This document shows, piece by piece, positions 26,369 to 32,000 of a stretch of DNA of 32,000 bases. The position numbers were made by a program, and so were the translations under genes. Position 1 is the stretch's first letter. Every line of letters begins with the position of its first letter. This DNA is from Acaryochloris marina MBIC11017 (GTDB taxonomy: Bacteria; Cyanobacteriota; Cyanobacteriia; Thermosynechococcales; Thermosynechococcaceae): NCBI RefSeq assembly GCF_000018105.1, contig NC_009925.1, forward strand, positions 5,250,001 through 5,282,000, written 5' to 3'. The notes beneath the pieces are model-generated. The model saw only the letters and a list, made by a program, of their open reading frames with translations, did no database searches and was not told the origin of the DNA.

Positions 26369-29300
26369 CTAGTCAACCGTGGCGGTGAATCGGATATAAC
26401 CATACGAGTTGGCTGGATTTCCTGAACCTACCGCATTCGGAATTGAACTACTAATTTGCACTCCAACGGCACCATTATTATTGGCCCCATCACAACTGAT
26501 AGTCGGCAAGGTCAGGGTTGGATCGACATTGGGTTCAAAGTAGTACCCCTGATCACCATCGGGTCCATTGGTGAGCGAGACTTCACTGGTGCCTAGACCT
26601 AACATCATGCCCCGACCGGAACCCGCGATACCGCCTGCATCTTGATTCGGTTGGTTGTTATAGGTATTGCGTTGGTAAGTCGTGAATTCAGGAACGCGAT
26701 CGCACAACGTTACCCCAAAGGCTTCCGATAGTCCTGTGTTCAAGAAGTAAATCGAATACTCCAAGTCATCGCCAGGTTTCACTGGGGTGGTTAGATTTAA
26801 GGCCCCTCGTAATGAATCGCTAACGGGGGTGGGCCAATGCGGATCATTATCATCCGTACCCGTACCATCCTCAAATCCAGTGACATTCACCCCATTCACG
26901 GCTGTAATTCGCTTCACTAGAATGATCTCAGGTGGTAGTTTATCTGAATTGACCACTAATGTAGCCGTGGGTCGAGCCGTATTTTCGATAATCGTGGGGG
27001 TTCCACCCGTCATCGGATCGATGGAAGGCTGAATTTGGGCCGTTAATTCACCTCTTTCAATCCGGTTGACGTAATTACCCATTAAATTGGATGTCACATC
27101 CACCTGGACTTGGCAATTGGCACCCGGTGCTAGGGTTGCTCCCGTCATCTGCACCGTGGTCCCCCCCGGCGTTACATTGACAGTTCCACTGGAACAGGTC
27201 GTGCTGGCATTGGGGGTATTCGCCACAAATAGATCCGTCGGCAGTGTGTCGTTGATCGAAACATTCGACAGCGGCTCCCCAGACTCATTGTTGGTTTGAT
27301 TATTGGTAATGGTTAAGGTCAATTGGCTGATTTCTCCCCCTTCCATAGAAGTAGGATTAAAAGATTTGCCTGGGGTAATTGCGGCCAGCGCGTTTAATGT
27401 TGCCTGTGCGGCTTGGTCATTGGTGACATTTTCTTGGCTAAAGACATCCCCGATATTCAATTGGTTAATGGTATTACCGGTATCTAATAACGTGACCCGT
27501 ACGGACACCGTACAACTCTGGTTAGCCGCTAAAGCAGCGTTGGATAATGTAAACGTATTCTGTCCTGGCACCGCCGTTACAGTAGCGGCAGTAGTCCCAT
27601 CGCTTTGAAGACAAGTTGTAGACGCACTGGGAACTGAGAACACCACCATTTCTGCAGGCATTGTGTCCGTTACGCCTAGTTGGGTGACTGGAATGCCGCC
27701 ATTGGGATTGGAGACGGTCACCGTTAGGGTACTCGGATCACCGACCACAACACTATTCGGACTAAAGGATTTATTGAGATTGACATTAGCAGTTGTACGG
27801 GTCAAAGTTCCGGTCACATCGATGGGATTCACAAATCCTTCGTTGGTGGTAATTGAACCCGCAGGTAGGGTGTTGTCGAAGGTGCTGCTACCCCCTGCAT
27901 TCATAATCACTTCAAAGCGAATTTCACAAAGGCCAGGTACTCCACCGACCTGAGCTGGTACTGTCCCTCCTGCAAAATTAACTGTTCTACTGCCTGCGGT
28001 AGTTGTGATGGTTCCACCACAGGTGGTACTAGTTACCACAGGAGAGGCGACTTCGACATTCGTTTGTGTCCAGGTATCCGTAAAAGTAGTGACTGTGAGG
28101 GGATTTTCCCAGGTATTGGTAAGCTGAATAACTGCAGTGGATTTACCCCCGGCAACGACCTCCTCTGATTGGAAAGATTTGGTCCCTTCCAAGGGTGATG
28201 TGACAGTTAGAGTTGCAGACCCTTCGGTCGCCGTTATGCCTTGATCGTTGGTAAATCCAGATGTCGTATTGGGATAGGTCTGGGGTGGAGGAAAGGCTGC
28301 ATTCGTCGTTACGATCTCAGTTACATCAAATTGGATCGTACAGGTATCAGCATTTGGATCACTGTCATCCACTGGTGCAATACTGCCATCTCTCATGGTG
28401 AAGGAAGTACTCCCAGGTGTATTCCCAGAAAAGGTTGGCCCTGGGTTCGGAGGGACGTCGAAACTACAGCCAGAATGGCTAAAGTTAGCTGGGTTGGCCA
28501 CCTGTAAGTTAGGTGGAAGATTATCGTCAATATCTACCCCTGTTAAAGGCAGTGTTGTTCCTGCACCTCCCGGAGAATCTGTACGGCGGTTGTTGCGAAT
28601 GACAATTCTGAGGGTTGAAGGGACGCCTCGACGAACAGAGCTAGCATCAAACGACTTAACAATTTCAACATCATCGACTACGGTCAAACGACCTTCAGTA
28701 CCCGTGACTCCATTTGAATCAAACCCTTCTGCATTCGTGATGGAATCATTGGCAATCACATTATCAAGGTTGGTGCCTGAAGTCCCCGTTGGCAGAAATA
28801 CATCCACTTGCACCGTACAAGTTCTGTTGGTATTGATAGTCCCGCCGCTAAAAGTAACCGTACCGGATCCTGGGGTAGCTGTTATGGTCGGAGTTCCGCA
28901 ATTGCTGTTGGTCGAGATATTGGCTGGATCAGCCACAATCAATGCCCCCGGCAAATTATCCACAAAACCAACCCCAGTCGCACCCACTGCAGACGATCGA
29001 TTCTGAATGTTGATGGTCATCCGTGTGGTGCCCCCTGGGGCAATACCGTCGTTGTTGGAATATCCTTTGCTGACCACTAGGGCAGGTCGAACATTGATAT
29101 TGTCGGTGGCCGGGTCGGTATTCGTTCGCCCTTGATCATTGCCTAATGCGCTTGCAGGTATTGTATTGGTAACCGAAGAGCCATTGCTGTCGGCAATATT
29201 GCCGACAACGCCAGGATCGACTTTAACTGTGACAGAGATGGTACAGGATCCTAAGCTGTTCGTTGCTGCATCTGAACCAGGCACTTGAGCCGTTGCTCCG

Positions 29301-30553
29301 CCACCCACATTAGTGCTGTTGAGGGTAAAGCTGGATGTCAAGGGCGTGACCGAGAGGGTTTCTGAACTGCCAGAGGAAGTACAGGTTGTCGTCGCATTGG
29401 GTGTGTCTGCTACCACCAAAGGAGCCGGTAAATTATCCGTTAGGGTTGCATTGGTCAGGGCTCCACCACCATTGGTAATAGTGATGGTTAAGTTGGTAGT
29501 TTCTCCTTCATCTCTGGTGCCATTACTAAAATTTTTGCCAATCGAAATTTCAGTTTGCACGTTCAAATTCGTACTGGGAGAGTTACTGTTGCTAATCAGG
29601 TTAACCGTGCTGAGGGTGTTAGCGAGGATATTGTTGGTATAGGTTCCACCATTCGCTTGCGTAACGGGGAAAGTAACGGTACAAAAACTCTCATTCGGAA
29701 TGGTGCCGCCAACGAGTTCAATGCCAGTATCACCTGCCTTAATATTGACGGTGCCGCCTGTACAGGTTGTGCTGGGAGCAGGCGCACCAGCTCGGGTATC
29801 AACGACGAGCTGATTGGCACCATCGCTGGGTAAATCATCCGTTAGGGTGGGGGTTGAAGTTGTCCCAGTTAGGTCGTATTCGTTGGGGTTGTTGATCCGA
29901 ATCGTGACAATTGAGCGTCCATCTCCGGGGATTGTATTGGGCGTAAAAGATTTATTGAGGGTTGTAGGAGTTGCACCATCTATCTGTAATGTGGCTGCTG
30001 TTGGATCAGGACTATTCCCCACAGCTGTCACTAATGCTTCTGCTGGGATAGTATCTGAATGATTTCCAGCACTAAAACCTCTTACAGGAATCTCAATGGT
30101 GCATTGCCCTGGTGATCCAGCAGGTATCGTTCCCCCTGTGATGGCGACGGAACCTGGGCTTCCGGTAGGGGTACCCGTTGTGATGTTGACGGTACTGCCG
30201 CAATCATTAAAGGTTGCCGCTGAATCGAACACCAAATTTCCGGGTGCGGATGGCAAAGTATGGTTGAGGCTAGTTATGGATACTGGATTCCCCGTACTAT
30301 TGCGGAAGGTTAACCGATATGTAACCGGGTCTCCAGGGGGACTTTCTACAGGATCAAACGCATTCAAAAGAGCTAAGTCTGCGTTGGGCATTGCAACAAC
30401 GGGGTCATGAAAGAAACCCATATGAGCAACTAAGGCACAGAAGAATGCACTAAAGGCCAGAATCAATCCTCTTTTGGTCGAGCGACCCAGGCCATTTAGC
30501 CAAGCTTGCCAAGACACAAGATTGAACTTTGGGAAACGAATGCGTTTCAACAT
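26369..30553 (-). CDS. 1394-aa secreted or surface-anchored protein with eight tandem DUF11-like Ig-fold modules and a distinct C-terminal domain
   Basis: N-terminal signal/anchor (KRGLILAFSAFFCALVAHMGFF). Each repeated module carries K-S/N-F, TLTxTxxN, TD(D/N/T)LP, a first Cys in an S-T-T-C context and a second Cys in a C-T-V/I-x-V context. The composition is Thr/Asn/Gly/Ser/Val-rich and poor in charged residues. Confidence 0.9.
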   Translation of the reverse strand: MLKRIRFPKFNLVSWQAWLNGLGRSTKRGLILAFSAFFCALVAHMGFFHDPVVAMPNADLALLNAFDPVESPPGDPVTYRLTFRNSTGNPVSITSLNHTLPSAPGNLVFDSAATFNDCGSTVNITTGTPTGSPGSVAITGGTIPAGSPGQCTIEIPVRGFSAGNHSDTIPAEALVTAVGNSPDPTAATLQIDGATPTTLNKSFTPNTIPGDGRSIVTIRINNPNEYDLTGTTSTPTLTDDLPSDGANQLVVDTRAGAPAPSTTCTGGTVNIKAGDTGIELVGGTIPNESFCTVTFPVTQANGGTYTNNILANTLSTVNLISNSNSPSTNLNVQTEISIGKNFSNGTRDEGETTNLTITITNGGGALTNATLTDNLPAPLVVADTPNATTTCTSSGSSETLSVTPLTSSFTLNSTNVGGGATAQVPGSDAATNSLGSCTISVTVKVDPGVVGNIADSNGSSVTNTIPASALGNDQGRTNTDPATDNINVRPALVVSKGYSNNDGIAPGGTTRMTINIQNRSSAVGATGVGFVDNLPGALIVADPANISTNSNCGTPTITATPGSGTVTFSGGTINTNRTCTVQVDVFLPTGTSGTNLDNVIANDSITNAEGFDSNGVTGTEGRLTVVDDVEIVKSFDASSVRRGVPSTLRIVIRNNRRTDSPGGAGTTLPLTGVDIDDNLPPNLQVANPANFSHSGCSFDVPPNPGPTFSGNTPGSTSFTMRDGSIAPVDDSDPNADTCTIQFDVTEIVTTNAAFPPPQTYPNTTSGFTNDQGITATEGSATLTVTSPLEGTKSFQSEEVVAGGKSTAVIQLTNTWENPLTVTTFTDTWTQTNVEVASPVVTSTTCGGTITTTAGSRTVNFAGGTVPAQVGGVPGLCEIRFEVIMNAGGSSTFDNTLPAGSITTNEGFVNPIDVTGTLTRTTANVNLNKSFSPNSVVVGDPSTLTVTVSNPNGGIPVTQLGVTDTMPAEMVVFSVPSASTTCLQSDGTTAATVTAVPGQNTFTLSNAALAANQSCTVSVRVTLLDTGNTINQLNIGDVFSQENVTNDQAAQATLNALAAITPGKSFNPTSMEGGEISQLTLTITNNQTNNESGEPLSNVSINDTLPTDLFVANTPNASTTCSSGTVNVTPGGTTVQMTGATLAPGANCQVQVDVTSNLMGNYVNRIERGELTAQIQPSIDPMTGGTPTIIENTARPTATLVVNSDKLPPEIILVKRITAVNGVNVTGFEDGTGTDDNDPHWPTPVSDSLRGALNLTTPVKPGDDLEYSIYFLNTGLSEAFGVTLCDRVPEFTTYQRNTYNNQPNQDAGGIAGSGRGMMLGLGTSEVSLTNGPDGDQGYYFEPNVDPTLTLPTISCDGANNNGAVGVQISSSIPNAVGSGNPANSYGYIRFTATVD
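26945..30370 (-). repeat. coding repeat array: eight divergent modules of ~135-160 aa (protein residues ~62-1203)
   Basis: Eye alignment of the translation gives module boundaries at about aa 62, 196, 334, 491, 628, 787, 922 and 1057, ending at 1203. There is one Cys pair per module. The DNA copies are diverged and not identical. Confidence 0.8.
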
Positions 30554-30864
30554 AGAAAAATAATTTTTGGTTCAGGGGTGTATTGCCACAGTTCCATCCA
30601 GGGTAAAACACCTTTGATGGAGTCCCTATTACAGGAGAAAAAGCATGAATTATTCGTCCAATCTCCTGCTGTTTTGTTAGATAGTCGCCACTTACACCCG
30701 CGAATCTCAACTAATAAAGGGCAATTCTCGATTTCGCTCCAATAGTATTCCCAGAGATAGGCCAACTCTTCAATAAATTCTAGATTTCCTTTAAAAGAGT
30801 TTCCTGAGAGAGCAATAAGTTTCTCAAGAGCAGTTTTATGCTTATGAGCGCACAAAAAGTACAT
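30547..30864 (-). CDS. doubtful 105-aa ORF or decayed gene remnant upstream of the giant gene
   Basis: ATG-started ORF whose TGA overlaps the giant gene start (ATGTTGA). It has 6 Trp and 6 Cys in 105 aa and lies in AT-rich DNA. Only the first half (HKTALEKLIALSGNSFKGNLEFIEELAYLWEYYW) looks protein-like. Confidence 0.25.
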   Translation of the reverse strand: MYFLCAHKHKTALEKLIALSGNSFKGNLEFIEELAYLWEYYWSEIENCPLLVEIRGCKWRLSNKTAGDWTNNSCFFSCNRDSIKGVLPWMELWQYTPEPKIIFLC

Positions 30865-31035
30865 TTTCTTTCAGCCAGAATAAAATATCCTTCCGTAGAG
30901 TTTCATGCCTTAAATCAATTTAAAAGGCTAAATCTTTTCGTTTTGGCCCTCAAACAATCTCTTTACATGAAGAAGTTTTCTATTCTTTTTATTGAATATA
31001 TCTTTATCAATTAAAGACCTGAACCTGACATCCGT

Positions 31036-31055
31036 ATCTAAATGTTGATTTAGAT
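31036..31055. repeat. palindromic pair of the ATCTAAAT/ATTTAGAT motif (ATCTAAAT-GTTG-ATTTAGAT); further copies at 31247..31254 and 31424..31431
   Basis: Read directly from the sequence. GATTTAGATA is shared by the copies at 31047 and 31423. Confidence 0.7.
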
Positions 31056-31377
31056 ATAATCCTTGAAAATCTTTGAACTTATATTTTGTTTTAACAGGAA
31101 CCAGCCAAAAGCTTTACCAATATGGCATTGAGGCTTTTACAAATCCAGTGAATTATTTGTGGAAGAAGATTTATCTAGGAATAAGTTTTCATAAACAAAA
31201 GGCATAAAAGCAATCTTTTTCAGGTGCAAAACAGCCTGTGTCCTAGATCTAAATATAAAAACTCTCTTTCCCTTAGCCATCGAACAGATAGCTAGAAATT
31301 ATACGCAGTCTTATTGGCAGGTTAGCGACTGAGATACAGGCTTTATTTTTATGGCAACAAATTCAAATTTCTTATTT

Positions 31378-31390
31378 TTATTGCCAATAA
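31378..31390. promoter_or_regulatory. palindrome TTATTG-C-CAATAA, inside a ~30-bp-spaced direct repeat TTATTTTTAT(G/T)GC(A/C)AA
   Basis: Read directly. The direct-repeat copies start at 31343 and 31373, about 175-220 nt upstream of the candidate starts of the + strand gene. Confidence 0.3.
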
Positions 31391-31564
31391 TTTCATGCGT
31401 CAACAAATGATCGATTTAGATAATTTTTTACCCATCCTGTTAGAGACCCTTTTATATCAGCAATAAATTTAGCTTCGCTGGCAGATTGCTATCACCCAAA
31501 CAGAAATATAAAGCATCAAGTCAGCTGCTTTTGGGTTAAAACTTTATCCTATGTCCAGAAAAAA

Positions 31565-32000
31565 ATGTTCCCTTGTTCCTCCATCCAAAAAGTATTAGCA
31601 AGCAAATCTCCATTAACAAAGAAAGGTAAGAATTTGCGACCTTGGTTAACCAGGCTCCTTGTAACTGCAGCCACCACCTCATTAGCCTTTTTCCCAACTG
31701 CAGCACAGGCCCAACGTACGTTTACGACTCGCAATGCTTTTCAGCTGAGAGGACGAACCACTATATTTGGTAATCCTGTAACTACCTGCTCTACAACAGT
31801 AGGGCCCAATTCAGGAAACTGTACTACTGCCCAACAAACCACTTCAACACCTGGGAACAACGGACTACTAACAAACAATGCCTACTGGATGGACTATGTT
31901 GATATTGATAGTGATATTGATACCTTCAACTCTTCCTCCGCTACCTATAACTTCCCAACTGGCAACCCTGGTTTTCAAATTGTTTGGGCAGGACTTTATT
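31565..32000 (+). CDS. N-terminus of a second secreted (probably large) surface protein; runs off the right edge of the window
   Basis: Absent from the ORF track because it has no stop in the window. My translation from ATG 31565 reads MFPCSSIQKVLASKSPLTKKGKNLRPWLTRLLVTAATTSLAFFPTAAQA/QRTFTTRNAFQLRGRTTIFGNPVTTCS..NNAYWMDYVDIDSDIDTFNSSSATYNFPTGNPGFQIVWAGLY. An in-frame TTG at 31634 would give a more canonical signal peptide (MRPWLTRLL..AAQA). Confidence 0.7.
   Translation, partial: MFPCSSIQKVLASKSPLTKKGKNLRPWLTRLLVTAATTSLAFFPTAAQAQRTFTTRNAFQLRGRTTIFGNPVTTCSTTVGPNSGNCTTAQQTTSTPGNNGLLTNNAYWMDYVDIDSDIDTFNSSSATYNFPTGNPGFQIVWAGLY

Noticed and set aside
25924-26403. Longer 159-aa version of the small secreted protein, starting at ATG 26403
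   Set aside because: It would overlap the giant gene 3' end by 35 nt and add 36 residues ahead of an otherwise textbook signal peptide (MKDILKYLIVCSLFLLVIF..SYA). The internal ATG at 26295 is the better start.
26787-30410. Chain of long + strand ORFs (up to 203 aa at 28395..29006) antisense to the giant repeat gene
   Set aside because: The sense gene is dominated by ACC/GGT/AAT/GTT-type codons whose complements are also sense codons. The antisense strand is therefore stop-poor by composition. The translations are Val/Pro/Gly-rich with no domain features.
31549-31734. 61-aa minus-strand ORF at the right end
   Set aside because: It is antisense to the signal-peptide region of the partial + strand secreted-protein gene, which has far better coding features.
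1-32000. Searched for CRISPR arrays, IS/transposase or integrase genes, rRNA/tRNA genes and prophage-like blocks
   Set aside because: I found no regularly spaced direct repeats of 25-40 bp and no transposase or integrase-like translations in the ORF set. I found no convincing cloverleaf or rRNA-like stretches. The only tandem repeat is the 2 x 25-bp duplication at the dps stop.

Overview
The window looks like a cyanobacterial chromosomal segment. The HIP1 octamer GCGATCGC occurs 11 times, and the gene content is typical: dxs, mreBCD, carA, mrnC-rlmB, sulfiredoxin-dps and DUF2808/DUF1816-type proteins. All calls come from my own reading of the translations and motifs. No database search was run, so family names are motif-level recollections.

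Positions 1 to about 25.6 kb are mostly housekeeping or signalling genes at normal coding density:
- dxs (partial), mreB-mreC-mreD, a sugar-type ABC permease and a zinc-ribbon/FHA/degenerate-Hpt protein
- carA, an alpha/beta hydrolase, a DUF1816-like protein, rlmB and mrnC
- a STAS protein that seems to need an ATT start, and a Gfo/Idh/MocA oxidoreductase
- a sulfiredoxin-Dps oxidative-stress pair, a DUF2808-like protein, a phosphoribosyltransferase and a lipoprotein
- a HerA/DUF87-type ATPase with no partner gene, a membrane Ser/Thr kinase, a CslA-like GT2 glycosyltransferase and a REC-GGDEF-EAL regulator

The last 6 kb (25.9-32 kb) is the least ordinary part:
- a 1394-aa secreted protein built from eight divergent Ig-like (DUF11-like) modules, each with one conserved Cys pair
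- a small secreted PPC-like protein immediately downstream
- about 1 kb of AT-rich, essentially non-coding DNA carrying a recurring ATCTAAAT/ATTTAGAT motif and palindromes
- a divergently transcribed second secreted protein that runs off the window

I saw no rRNA, tRNA, CRISPR array, transposase or integrase.
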